Origin: Felis catus | Lineage: Eukaryota | Length of the DNA: 64,000 nucleotides | Direction: 5' to 3' | Assembly: GCF_018350175.1 (NCBI RefSeq) | Contig: NC_058373.1 | Coordinates: 4,836,001 to 4,900,000, forward strand | Shown here: positions 25,159-37,799 of the stretch, one piece after another | How positions within the stretch are numbered: position 1 is the stretch's first letter | Layout of the letters: each line of letters begins with the position of its first letter | Position numbers and translations under genes: made by a program | Notes under the pieces: generated by a model | The model's database searches: none | Told to the model about the DNA's origin: nothing | The model's input: only the letters and a program-made list of their open reading frames with translations

Positions 25159-28100
25159 AGACTTTGCATATCGAACCCCTTATCCCTGACTTGTGTTTGT
25201 CGGGAAAGCTTTGCCTTCCTCTGCCGGTTCTTAGCACCCTTGGGGAGATACAGACTTTGATGTGAACAGTCCTTCAGCTAAGAAGGTTGTCCTGATACCA
25301 ACAACTGTTGCTTGTTTGTGTGTGTGTTTTGTTTTTGTTTTTGTGGAGCAGCAATGCCCGTTGACATTCGTAGGAAATCTCTTAGCCATGAAATTGATTC
25401 TTCACTGGGGTGTGATCCAGATGGGTAGAGACGCGGTTTGCGTTGCTGGAAGGTTCAGAAAACCCTCACTGTGCTGTAAAGGCTCCTGCCCTTTTCTTCA
25501 CTTGAGACTCTCAGCCCTTTCTACACGGTGGCAGTGTGTTTCGGCATCTGGAGGAAGCCAGAGGAAGGTGCTGGAGGCCAGGCATGCTCCTTGCTTTTTA
25601 AAAACTACTTTGCCTGAACCTGTTCTCTTAAGTGCCTGGCTTCGCTTTTCTCTGATGCAGACTTCAGGGAGGCAGGGTTTTAAAGCGGTGAATGCCAGGC
25701 CCGGTTGTGTTTTTCTTCTTCTAATATGGAGGCAGTTCAGGAAATGGCCAGCGTAGGGTAAGCCAGTGTGTTTTTAAGTACAAAGTACTCTTGATTCTTT
25801 TTGTTCTCTTCTTGTATTAATGTGAAACCTGAAAGTAAGCAAATTTTCTGTGTGGGGCTAAATGAGCAGGTTCCATTATTTGCTCAGCTGAAGTAGGAAT
25901 CGGTCCACACTTTAATGCTGATGGAATTACCATTAAAAAACAGAGACAGTTTAAAAATCAGAACAGTTAATCTTCTGAAGCTCTCCCGTATAGGGAGTAG
26001 TGCCTTCCTAAATCCATTAACTAGGCTTTAGCCTTGAGACTTTGGACGTGGGCTCTTAATGATCTCAGCCGAGTATGAAACTTGGCAGATCCCTGCTAAC
26101 AAGTGCTTCTTTGAATCTGCCCGTGAGGCTTATATTGTACTTAGGTTTTCTCCTGCACCACGAGAATGTGGCAGCAGTCTCCTGTGTGCAGAACGGTAGA
26201 AAATTGCCATTCACTCCATTTCTTCCCTCCTGATCGCCCGCAGAGGACGGGGGTTAACTGCTTGGCCTGATTGCCCAGGCTCTGTTTCTGTAGCGTCCTC
26301 TTGGGGACTACCCTGGAGAAGCAGTGTGCTTCGCTGCCCCTGGGGTGCCTTGTGATCCTAGCTTGCCTGAGTGTAAGCATCCTCGTATCCTCAGCTGTCC
26401 AGATATCTTCTCCGTACACGCTTACGCAGTTAAGACAGTAATATTTTCCTCATTTGCATATTTTCACACCCAGTTTTGTTTTTGCTCCTGTGCTGGATGC
26501 TCTTGTTGGAGGCAACAGCTGAATTTGTCTGCGAAGCAATCAAATCATTCAGGAATATTTGAATTACTCTACCAGCCAAAAATAAAGATTATTCTGGGAG
26601 AGAGGTTTTATGTTATCCGTTTGTATATTGTCTAGTTTAGTGCTAACACCTAAGACTGACTTAAAGCTGGACAATTGTATTATCAGTCAGCATAATGTGT
26701 TCTAAAAGCTCTTCGAGAATGGCTGACACACCAGAGATGTTCATTTTGGTGTTTTATGGAATTGTAAGCTCTTTGAGATTTGGCTAGGCTAGCGGGCAGT
26801 TCGGAGGGCTTGCCCGTTGTGAGTGTCGGGGATCCAAGAGCCATCAAGATCAATAAAACTTCAAGTGAGAATTTGATCTTGGGGTTGCCTCTCGGCTGTG
26901 ACTCACCCAGCTGTCACCAGCCCAGCGGGGAATTCTCTACAAGTTATTCGCAAATACCTGTCCTCACTTCTGGCCCATGTCTCTTTGTTCCCTCTGGATG
27001 CTTCCACTTGATTGTCCCCTCTGTAAACTTAAGCTCATAGCCATTCCTGCAAACTCCCCCTCCAGATTTCACCTTTTCTTCGCAGGAGTGGTCGCATAGA
27101 TTTTTCTTTTTCCCACCATATTTATTAGTCACTTAAAAGCCCTACATTTACCCCTGTCATTCCACTTCTCATTGCCATCACCTGAATCCAGAAACACAGT
27201 CAGTGGTTCCCTCTGCTTGGTGACTTTATGTCTCAGTGTCCCTGCCGCGTGCCAGTCTGTGCCTGTTCAAGATTATTTCCACTTGTTAATTAATTTTAGT
27301 GCCCCATTTAAAAAGTGTCTCTTTTTGGACCATAAATGATGTGTAAGTTTGTGGACATGGCTGCAAGTTCCCCCATCAAATTGCAGGCTCCTCTAATACA
27401 GGGGCGCTGTTTTACAGACACTGTACTGTGCTGTCCCAGTAACATCTAGTAGCTTGTTCTAAATGTTCAGCGTAACCATGCATTGGAGCCAGAGGCGGTA
27501 ACTTAGGGCAGCATTATTGTTGAGCTGTTATTCTGGGGCAGAGCATATGAATCATTAAAGTGATTTGCACTTTCCTGTTATTTAGTAAGTACATTATCTT
27601 GTTCTTGCCAGATTTGAATCTGAAAACTTTCTCTCCCCGTGGTTCCACTTAAACAGCATGTTCTCTTTCTAGAATTTTTTATGTTAATCCTGTTTTCTTC
27701 CCTTTTGTGTTCGTCCTTGGACTCTTCCTGCATTTTCTTTCTCGGTGGGAGAAGCATTGGTGTTTGTCACCTTTCTTAAGGAGTCCGAGGCTTCTCAGAG
27801 AGCCTAGGCTGAGAGTAAAGGCTCTGTGACCTTTAAGTGCATATATTGGTCATTTGTTCTCGTGTGTTACCAAGTCCATACAACCTCTAAGGACAATGTG
27901 TAGGGCTATCTCAGCATCTGAGGGCACCCTTCTTATGACATTTATCACTGTTGAGCTTCTGGAATGATCCAGCTGATTCTAGCCAGTTAAATGGATTGTC
28001 CACCTTCCTCAAGATGCCCCTGTCTGTCAGGACGGCCTATTCAGACTATTTGCTGGCAAAGTATATCTTTGTTAGCATTCTCCCTTACTAGAACTAGAAG

Positions 28101-28251
28101 TAATACCAGATAGACTTTTAGAAATAAACAACAAATATGAGCCTTAACACACAAGTGTTGAGTCTGGGCATAGAAGGAATTCTCTGTAACTAAGAAATGT
28201 TCATTAAAGACTAGAATATGCAGGAATTGTTAAAAAAAAAAAATAGTGAAG

Positions 28252-28480
28252 GGGGTGCCTGGATGGCTCGGTCGGTTAGGCGTCCGACTTCGGCTCAGGT
28301 CATGATCTCACAGTTCGTGGGTTCGAGCCCCACATCCAGCTCTGTGCTAACAGCCTGGAGCCTGCTTCGGATTCTGTGTGTCCTTCTCTCTCTGTCCCTC
28401 CCCTGCTGGCACTCTGTCTCACTTTGTCTCTCTGTCTCTCTGTCTCTCTCTCTCAAATAAACACTAAAAAAAAAATTTTT
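28252..28480 (+). mobile_element. CAN-SINE
   Basis: TSD aatagtgaag. Confidence 0.92.
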
Positions 28481-29817
28481 TAATAGTGAAGACATTGCCT
28501 TCCGAGTGTCATATAGGACTTTTTCTCAGCTCTTCTACCCTTGACATTGGTCTCAGTGGATAGACATCTAGCCTTTGCTTATGCTGGTCGCTCCGCCTGG
28601 AGCGCCTGTTCACTTCTCCACCTGCTAACAGCTTTTGCACTCGGCAGACACTTACTGAGCATCTAGTCTGTGCCAGGTCTGGTCCTGCCCCTGGGGGTAC
28701 AAAGTTGAGTAAGGCAGGGAACTGCTAGGAACTCCGTGCCTTAACCGGAGCCACATGTGAACAGTTTTCCCACAGGGCGCCCATAAGTGGGGTTACAGAC
28801 GCGGAGGGAGCTCAGGGGAGGGGTGAGTTTCATTCTCTGCTAGTGCTTCTTGCTCGGTGCCGTCAGGACTTGATTTGAGCCCTCTTTTTTTCTTTTCTTT
28901 TTTTCTTGTTTTCCCAGCCCGCCCCTCCCCGTTGTCCACGTCCTCCTAAACAGCGCGCTCAGAGCGGTGCGTCATGTGTGTGTCCCACATCCCGACGGGT
29001 TCCTGAGAGGTGTGGAGGCAAGGCCAGCCTCTGGCTCATCCTTGTGTACCCTCTCCTCCCTGTCACAGTGCTTTGCACGTTTTAGATTTATTGATTGATA
29101 AATAAATTGTTCCAGAAGGATTTGTTCCAGGAAGGGCTTGGAACAGCTTATCAAGATACGCGTGGTACCCACCATGTGATTAGATATAACTGAAGAGTCC
29201 AGGGTGGGACCAAGTGTGGGAGAGGAAAGGATGAAATGAGAGGTGGGTTAGTGCTCACAAGACCCGTCAGACATTCCGCCGTCTGCCAGAGGAGATCCGT
29301 AGACTTGGTTCGCAACTCCTTCCGGCTCACGTAAACAGGGAGGCAGTCGTTTCTGTGCCTTATGGAATGGACATAAAATGGAACCACCAACAACGCCAAA
29401 AAACCTTGTAATGGTACACGAGGACCAAGACATCTCTCTTCTGGGACCCCACCACAAGGGCACTGGGTGATGTTCTGCAGTAATCTCTACGTTGAGTAGC
29501 CTCATGATTTCCATGTAACTGTTCCAGAGAACGTTCTGTAGTACAGGTATGGTCGGCCGCTTCCGCACAGAGCCACCTCGCCAAACACCGGCTACCCGTC
29601 TAACCAGCCAGGAGCCCCCGGCACCTTTCCTGTAGAACGGTGTTCCTTAACCTTTTAAAACTCATGGCCTCTTTTAAGAAACATAAAATCTCTTCCCTCT
29701 TCTCCATTCTGGCCAATTCCCCCTCAGGTCTGGTATATGCAACCCCCATCCTCTCCAGCAAAGAATATTTTCTCTTGCTTTTTCTCGTTTTTGTTGTAAA
29801 AACAAGACTGACTTCCT

Positions 29818-29883
29818 TCTCATATGCTGTTACATTATATTGAATATAACTCTCATATACAGTTATATTACATTGAATATGTA
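29818..29883. repeat. Degenerate 33-bp tandem duplication
   Basis: tctcatatgctgttacattatattgaatataac / tctcatatacagttatattacattgaatatgta. Confidence 0.7.
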
Positions 29884-32800
29884 TACATATCATATGTGGA
29901 GGGAGAGAATATGATTTTTAAACTATAAATCCCTATTCTACGAATCTTAGGAGTTTCTGGAATGGTACCTACTCTTGGTTAAGAGTCATTTCCCTTTCCT
30001 TTAATTGGCCAGTTGATTTAGATTGATAAGCTGGATTCCGGCTTTAAATCAAGGAGTCTAGTTAAGAGAGTTCCTACTCTGGATTTGTGTCAGGCGGGCA
30101 ACTAAATCCCTGGCATGAGACTTGATCCAAGTGGTCAGCCTGACAACTTATTTAAGCGAAAAAAGAGAAATCGCTCTAGCACTCGTCTCTTGGAATGGGC
30201 CAAAAGCTGAGGTCAATATGCTAGCCTTTTTAGTCTACCAGACAGCTTGCAGTGTAACAGGCCTTTTGCTGACTGTGGTGTCAACACACTTTGAGAGGCT
30301 ACCCAGGGACCCCTCCCTCCCCTGTAATGGGCTTCAGATGAGAGGCAGGCTCTGCTTTTCCCAGGACCCAGCTAATAAGACAGGGTACTTAGAGTCTGCC
30401 ATGTGCTCGGCTAAGTGCTTTTGAGTCTGTGACAGATTTTTATTTTCTCTCATTCAGTCTTCAGAATAAACTTGCATTTTACGTAAGAGAAGCCAGAAGT
30501 TAAGGGGCCTGCCTGTTGCTGTTTTCATGTCACGCTGTTAGGGGTCATCACCCTGTCCTTGTACCTCTGTCACATCTGATGAGACCCTTTCATTTGGAAT
30601 AGATCCCACGCCTACAGGGCTCTTGGGAACTCTTCAGAGGCTCTAGGCTGTCGTGTGGGCTTGCTCAGATGAGCGAATCGCTCAGAAATAGTGAGGCGCT
30701 CTGGACCTTAAGGGGTATTTATCTCAGTTACTGAAATGTCCCCTGAAGTACATGGCGGTTCCACCCAGGTAACATGAGTGCTGGGCCTGGGGCCGCCCCC
30801 TCTCTCGGGTTTTCGGGACGCCCCTGAGCAGCGGCTGCTTTGCCCCCTTAGCCGCCGTTGGGATTGCCCTCGCTTTGTCAGGTGGAGGGATTTTCTCTTT
30901 TTCTGAATATTGCCTTTAAAAACCACCTTGGGTTTTGGCAGTTTCGGTTTCTGCCGCGTTTCCTTACCAACGGTCAGTGTTCTGATTTTCTAGCTAATCT
31001 TTATGTGCTCCCTCTGGCTGAGAACTTGTAGCCTCCATCCCTGAGTCTCCTCTCCTCTCTCAAGGATTCTGCCGTTTTCCTGATTCGACACGGCTTTCCT
31101 GAGCAGGACCTGAGATACGGCTCAGTGTGCTTCTCTTCAGCCTCCCAGCCCACACGGGCGCGGATCTGTGCTCAAGAGTGTGCCACCAGGGCTCCTACAG
31201 CGTCCTTTTCTGAGCAGCTCTGGGTTTACTGTCCTTCCTTTTCAGCAGACTCGTGTGTGTCTGAGTTTCTGCTTTTCCCTTCCCCCGTCGTCCTCTGCAC
31301 CTTTCACGTGTGTGAAGTCCACTCTGGTTTTCTCCATTTGTTTATTAGTTTCTGTGTGACTAACTCGCTTTGTCCTTGCGTTAACCCATCTATAAAACGG
31401 GCGTCATACCAGTCTTTACTAGGTCAGAATAGTGTCGGTGATCAAAGGAACGTGCGTGTAAGTACTTTTGGAAAACAACAAGAGAGAAGATGCAGTTGTG
31501 AAAAGACGTAACTTGTAATTGATCCTAATTTAATGAAAATATAGCAAAGAGTAATACATGTGTCCTTTATTCAAAGCCATCTTTGATTAAAAACCATGGT
31601 GCAGTTTAAATGTTTCGTCGGCGTTGGTTATAAGAGGATTTGCCGTGTATCGTTCACCCCTCAATCATCTTTTGGATTGTCCTGTGAATCTTCTCTGCGC
31701 CTTCGGATATCCTTGAATGTTGTAGAAACCTGGGAAGGGCCAAGTGTGAGCACTGAAGAGCTTCTCCACGAGCCTCCAGATGATTCACTGTCCGTCTTCC
31801 CAGTGGGATGGCAGCCCTTAGACTTCCCTTGCCGTCACAGTAGACTTGGGGAACAGGCAGCGGGCACTTGAGGTCCTCGTTCTGAACTCAGAGCCTAGCA
31901 CACTCACTGGGGCATCGAGCTTGGAATTGTGGTCTTGGGCAAGCCACCCTCTCTGCTTGCCTAGTGCTGCTCATCCCTGGGACAGTGTTTTATGGCTGGC
32001 GGTGGGGCTGCTACCCTGCTTCTTTCTGCAGGGTTCTCAGGCCCCCGTGCTTGCTGTGCTAGCCTGACAGATAAAATGATCCCCCTGGGGGCACCTGGGG
32101 ACAGTCTTGTAGCTGTGGACCCATGCTGCGACAGAGGAGGCTTGTCTGGAGTGTAAACGAACCTGTCAGAGCAGAACCCACGGTCCCAGGGTCACCTTTA
32201 GAAGCGAGGGCAAACTCTAAATTCAGTGCCTGCCCCCTTTCTCCCCTGAGAAATCCAAACCAGCTTTGAGATGGTTACACTTTGATGGTAAAATGGGAGT
32301 GGGTGTGGTCTAGGGAAATAGCATCTGCCCCGCATGACTTTGGGGGCCTGACAGAGTGATCCAAGCGGACCCGAAGTCTGATTCTGGTGTGACGTCTGGG
32401 CGAGTGACTCAACCTCTGAGCCTGTTTCCAGTTATAAAATGAGAGATAAACCTACCAAATAAGGTTCCAAATAAGGTTCCTCGTGTGTGTTCCCACTAAT
32501 TTCTACATCCTTGGGCCAGAGGAGAGGGAGGGGGTCACAGAGGGAGTTGTGATGGGAAGGTGATAAGAGCTATATCTGTACACCACAGCTAAACAGTGAC
32601 AAGAATGCAGAGAGGTGTAAATGCCAGGGTGGGGGGTGAGAAGCAAGGAGATTGGGGGGAAAAGCCAGGGCCAGAAATGGAGTGTCCCTGTCCCGTATGT
32701 CATGCTCCTGGGAATTCAGCATGACAACCAGCCTCTCATATACACTTCCCCGTTTAGGATGGTGATCCGTAGAGTTAGCAGCCCGTGCTGCGCTGGATAC

Positions 32801-33559
32801 GTGTGAGATTAATAATACGGAGCAGCATTACTGAGCCACACTGGGGCGTAGGTTCTGTCACAGCCACACTGTGCAGTGTTTCAGGGAAGAGCCCAGAACC
32901 CCGGGTTGGTCTGCACTCACGCTCCCCCATCATTCACTCCTTTGGTGCTCTGTTTCTCCAATGAGACGGTAAACTCCCTTGGCAGCTGGGAATTACCCTC
33001 TGTCTCCCTACTGTGCCTACCTTGATGCTCCCGAACATTGGTGTTTAGTGAACCTTTAAGCAAAAATAAAAGTATTATTCTGGAGCACAGTGTCTTACTC
33101 ATTAAGTGATGCCACTGACCCAAAAGTTCTTTCCAAGACAGGTGTGGACTTGGGAGGAGGAGAGTGCTGGCTGTGAGAGGGCCGTCTGCAGGACTGCTGC
33201 TTCCTGCCACAACGTGACTGTGCTAAGAAATGTAAAATTATTAAAAACGGGGCAACGTGGTTATTACTGTTTTACAGCCGAAGAAAGTGAGCTTCAACGA
33301 GGTCACACGGTTTGCATATGAACTCTTGGTCTGGTGCTCTTTCTACTTCCCTGACCCAGAGATCCGCGTTCGGCCGAAGTGATAGGCTGGTCGCCCCCCA
33401 AGTAGAGCGTCCGTTCCTGGGGCGAGGGGTGTTCACTATCCCCCCATCCATTGTTCTGCATTGCCCACCCCAGCACCTGCTGTGGTTTCGACATCACCTC
33501 TGGTGAGCTGGCGGTGAGAGGACCGAGAGTAGGGTGAACACCGGTCGTATTCCCGAGGA

Positions 33560-34200
33560 GGGAAGGGCTGGCAGGCATTTTATGGCTCGCCTGGTGCCCG
33601 GGACTTTGCTGGGCACTGCAGCGCCAGTGTCCTCGCCCCCACTTCTACCCTTATAAATGAGAGACTCCAAGAAGTAACCACTCGTGGCCCGAAAGCCAGT
33701 GGGAGAGGCGAGGGGGCGGCCAGGGGAACGGGTTTCGCCCCGCCCCCCCCTCCCCGTAGTGGGGGGGTCCTCTGCCTGAAGATAGTGGGCTTGGGCGCCC
33801 GCCCTGCGGACGCGGTACCCAGGCGGTGGCCGAAGCGACGGGCGCGGCGCCTCGCATCTTGCGGGGGCGGGGCGGCCGCGAGCGCGCCAGGGGCGGGTTC
33901 CTCGGAGCAGGCTCCGCCCCCCCAGGAGCGCGGGTTTAAAAGGAGGGAAGGCTGGGGCCCCGGCCGTAGCGGCTGCGAAGCGCGCCGGGGCGGAGGTTCG
34001 GCGAGGGCACAGCCATGACCCTGCGGGCGGGGGGCGCTCGGCTGCTAGGCGGCCTCCTGCTCTTCGCTCTGCTCGCTGCGGGCGCCGCGCCGCTCAGCAG
34101 GGATTCTCCGGAGCCCCGCAGCAGGGCCAGCAAGATCCGAGTGCACCCGCGGGGCAACCTCTGGGCCACCGGTAAGTCTTCGGGACCCGCGCAAGCGCCC
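33560..34200 (+). promoter_or_regulatory. NMB: NMB CpG-island promoter with GC boxes and a TATA-like TTTAAAA
   Basis: Very CpG-rich; GGGGCGGGGC at 33864-33873; TTTAAAA at 33935-33941, about 75 nt upstream of the ATG. Confidence 0.8.
34015..34171 (+). CDS. NMB: NMB exon 1 (preproneuromedin B: signal peptide and start of the mature peptide)
   Basis: gccATG; MTLRAGGARLLGGLLLFALLAAGAAPLSRDSPEPRSRASKIRVHPRGNLWAT; donor G|gtaagt; 157 nt. Confidence 0.98.
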
Positions 34201-34782
34201 TTCTCCGTGCTCTGATCCCATTTCCCTTCTCAGGCCGTTCCTCAGCCACGGACTCTGGTGTCTGTGCGGATGAGGACCCTGGAACCCGTCTAATTTAATA
34301 GATGGAAAACTTGAGACCCAGACAGTTCAGTGACTTGGCTGAGATCGCTCAGCCAGTTAAAGTAGAACTGGGGCAGGATCCTAGATCTGCCTGCCAGCCG
34401 GTGCCCCTGGCCTTAGGCAAGAGTCTACTGAATCCTCTTGTGTCCTCTGGTGTGTCTTCTCTGCCCCTGCACCTGGCAGACACTTCTTCCTTCTCCGTTT
34501 TCCTCCTTGCCCTCGCCCGGCCCCTGGAAAGCAGGCAGCACAGCTGGCAGAGTTTCCCTCCTTCCAGCTGTGCCATCCTCTCCTGTTCAGGAAAAGCGGA
34601 GGTGGGCTCTGCTACCAACCCCGGGGTGTTTGTGGCTCCTTGGTGAGGAGGAGAGGGAGGAGGAAGGTTGCCCGTGGCTCTTCCTGCCATGAGAACTGAA
34701 AGTTGGGAGAGATGGGGAACTTTCCCACTGAGATGGGATCCTCTCTCCCCACCTTCCTTGTGCCTTGGCACCTCCCTTCTAG

Positions 34783-34955
34783 GTCACTTCATGGGCAAGA
34801 AGAGTCTGGAAACCCCCAGCCCATTCCTCTTGGGAACAGCTCCCCACATCTCCCTGAGGGACCAGAGACGGCAGCTGAGTCACGATCTGCCCAGGATCCT
34901 CCTGCTAAAGAAAGTTCTGGGCGTGAGCCTTAGCAGCCCAGCACCTCACCCCCAG
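34783..34955 (+). CDS. NMB: NMB exon 2 (completes GNLWATGHFM, followed by the GKK amidation/cleavage site)
   Basis: cccttctag|GT CAC TTC ATG GGC AAG AAG; donor CAG|gtgagc; 173 nt. Confidence 0.97.
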
Positions 34956-35405
34956 GTGAGCCAGGCTCCCACCTCAGGACCAGGAGAGACCCAGCTGCTC
35001 CTGGTTCCAGCACGGGGCTTAGGGTGTGACTTCTCCCCAAGGTATGATGGGCCCCAGAAAGCCAGGGATTCCAGGCTCTCCCCATGATCCAGAGTTCAAA
35101 GGGAGAAGACTTTGAAGAAAGGAAGCTGACCTTCCCAGTAGGGAAGAAGTTCCCCCTCACCGAGTCCTCAGTCTAAAGTCACAGCCTAGGATTAGCCAGC
35201 CTCTTGCAGCAGGACGTGCCCCCCACCCCCAGGCCTGCCCCACCCCAGCTGTCCACGTTTGCCGTGCCTCGGGGATACTTACGGCTACAGTTGGGACCCT
35301 GAGGCCCAGAGAGGAGGAGAGTCGGCATCCAAGACGGAGTCCAGACCTTGTTCGCCCTGACCATTGCTCTTCCCAGTCACTCGTCTGCCTCAGTGACCCT
35401 CAGTG

Positions 35406-35636
35406 CAGGGTTTCTCAACCTCAGGACTCTTGACATCCTGGGCTGCATAATTCTTTGTTGTGGGGGCTGTCTTGTGCATTGTAGGAAGTTTGTAGTATCC
35501 CTTGTCTCTATCCACTAGAGCATCCTCCCCTGCTCAGTTGTGACAACAGAAAAACATGCCTCCAGACATTGCCGGAGGCCTTCTTGTGAGGGGGTCGGGG
35601 GAGGGAGCCAGATTACCTTTGGTCATAAACCACTGA
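35406..35636. mobile_element. MER20 hAT DNA transposon in NMB intron 2
   Basis: cagggtttctcaacc...ataattctttgttgtgggggctgtc...gttgtgacaac...tccagacattgcc...aaccactg. Confidence 0.85.
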
Positions 35637-36063
35637 CCTATGAGATCCAAGACCCCAAAGTAGAGCCAAGCCAGCTTTGGTCTCTGGCCTGGTAGAAGGG
35701 CAGCTCTTCATTCCCTGCTCCTGAGGCGGCCCCCACCCCACACAACCTTCCCGGTACTTTGTTACTGTGGGCAGAAGGCATTGTAATGTGGTAGAATGTG
35801 GGTTCTAGGGACAGCGTGCTAGGCTCCTAACCTAACTAGTAGCTGTGTGACCTTAAAAATGTCACTTAACCCCTCTAAGCCTCATCTTCCTCATTTATAA
35901 AATGGGATTGATAGCGCCCATCTCATATTAAACAAGACCTTTTGTGTCACATGCTCAGCATGAACTCTGGCACATAGAAAGCACTTCGTAAACAGGAACT
36001 ATCAGCAGCACGTGTTACAGACTCACCTTCATACCTCCACTGTGCCCAGCATATAGGGCACAC

Positions 36064-36296
36064 TTTTTTTTTTTTTTAATTTTTTTTTCCAACGTTTTTT
36101 ATTTTATTTTTGGGACAGAGAGAGACAGAGCATGAACGGGGGAGGGGCAGAGAGAGAGGGAGACACAGAATCGGAAACAGGCTCCAGGCTCCGAGCCATC
36201 AGCCCAGAGCCTGACGCGGGGCTCGAACTCACAGACCGCGAGATCGTGACCTGGCTGAAGTCGGACGCTTAACCAACTGCGCCACCCAGGCGCCCC
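36064..36296 (-). mobile_element. Young SINEC_Fc-type element in NMB intron 2
   Basis: Perfect TSD tagggcacacttttt (36054, 36297). Confidence 0.95.
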
Positions 36297-36888
36297 TAGG
36301 GCACACTTTTTGAAGGAAGGGAGGGGGCATTCCCTAGAGAAGGTCTCACCCCAGCCCCAGTCAGCATGCCTGGTCCTCCTCATGCACAGAATTGCCAGCC
36401 CCTGGGGACCTCAGATGTAAGGGCCAGGAGCTTGGGCTGGCTGAGTCTGAACGGAGATGATGTCACCTCTGGCTGGGGCTGCTGGTCTTGAAGGCCTAAA
36501 GCATGCAGAGCAACTAGCAAGTCTCAGAGGAAGCAGTACCTAGCACTAGAGGATGGGGCTTCAGAAGTGAGGTCTGGGGCAGAGCTGAGGGCGGGGGAGG
36601 GAAAACGTTGACACTGGCCCAGGGCCAGGCACGCACATGGACTTCACTTCTGTGATCTCCTTGACTGTCATGATCACTCTGAGGTTGGGCTGTCGCCCTG
36701 GGAAAGCCACCACCCCGACCCCTCCCACCTCTTCTTCTGGGAGAAAGGCGCTAGGGGGAGGCTGCCTAGGCTAAGAGCCTGCCCCTGCCTGCCTCTGTGG
36801 ACGCCTAGCACTTAGGAATGGCAGGATGCCCCTGTCATTTCCCCGCTCCGCCCAGGTCAGTTCTTCTGTGTGTTCCCCTTCGGTACAG

Positions 36889-37053
36889 GAGGCTGCTGGT
36901 GCAAGTGGTGCAGAAGTGCCACCATTAATGAGGAAGATACGACGACGTGGCCTGGACCGTGCCCTCCCAGGGGAGGAGCTGAACGGGACCCTGGCAGTGG
37001 CCCCATCTGGACGTAAAACCTGGCCTCAAATCTCTGTGACTCCATTAGTGTGA
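36889..37053 (+). CDS. NMB: NMB exon 3 coding part (long-isoform frame EAAGASGAEV...TPLV*)
   Basis: Acceptor ggtacag|GAG; frame resembles the longer human NMB isoform C-terminus as recalled; the upstream canonical AG is absent (cgg); total 164 aa. Confidence 0.75.
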   Translation, partial: EAAGASGAEVPPLMRKIRRRGLDRALPGEELNGTLAVAPSGRKTWPQISVTPLV

Positions 37054-37138
37054 TTTCTGGTTGTGTCGCCAGGAATATTGTCAACGCAGACACGAATTAT
37101 GTCCCTGCTGTATTTCTTGCTTCCCTGTTGAAGTTGTG

Positions 37139-37144
37139 AATAAA
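37139..37144 (+). terminator. NMB: NMB polyadenylation signal
   Basis: AATAAA about 85 nt after the long-isoform stop. Confidence 0.8.
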
Positions 37145-37596
37145 ACCCAGCTCTTTATGAAGCATGTCTGATCCTCTCCTTCCAGCTATGTTTGAGGGCA
37201 TGGGAGGGAAAGGGGGGCCGGAGGACTGGAGGACAGGATGCTCAGTAAGATGGAGCTGGCTCCAAAAAGCCAAGAAAACTTCACGACACCAGCCTCCTGA
37301 GGACTCCGAAGTCAGTCGCTCATTCAGCAAGCAGGTACTCGGGGCCTGTTATATATGCCTGGTCCTGTGCCAGGCGCTGGGTTCTTACTCACCTCTGCCA
37401 CCTGCTGGCACAGGCAAATCTCATGTTTCCTCTCCCGAAAAAGGGAGCTGCCTACACTGCAAGATGGGGTTTTGCTCACCGCATTTCATTTCATTCCCAC
37501 GCCAGGCTTCGAGGGGAGTGCTCAGAGCATGCAAGAGAGTGAGCCGAGCTAGGATCCAGCCCTCGCTGTCTGCTTACTCTCTTCTCTGGCCTTTGG

Positions 37597-37780
37597 TAGA
37601 GTTGCCAGAGGTACCAAATGAAAATAGAGGACACCCAGTTAAATTCTGATTTCATTTAAATAATCAATAGTTTTTTCGTATGAGATGTCCTAAAGACTGC
37701 ATGGACATACTTATAAGAAAAAAAACTTGTTTATCTAAAATTCGAATTTAACCGGGCATCCTGTATTTTCTCTGGCCTTG
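37597..37780. mobile_element. MER53-like palindromic MITE
   Basis: tagagttgccag...ggacacccagttaaattc...gaatttaaccgggcatcctgtattttctctggc; the arms are reverse complements. Confidence 0.8.
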
Positions 37781-37799
37781 ACACTTTGCTCTGCAAATA

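Noticed and set aside
25519-25537. Possible CTCF site (ctacacggtggcagtg) after SEC11A
   Set aside because: Only a partial match to the core; cannot be supported without a PWM scan or ChIP
29100-29600. Overlapping - strand ORFs, possible processed pseudogene
   Set aside because: No recognisable protein, poly(A) or TSD; more likely a decayed ancient LINE
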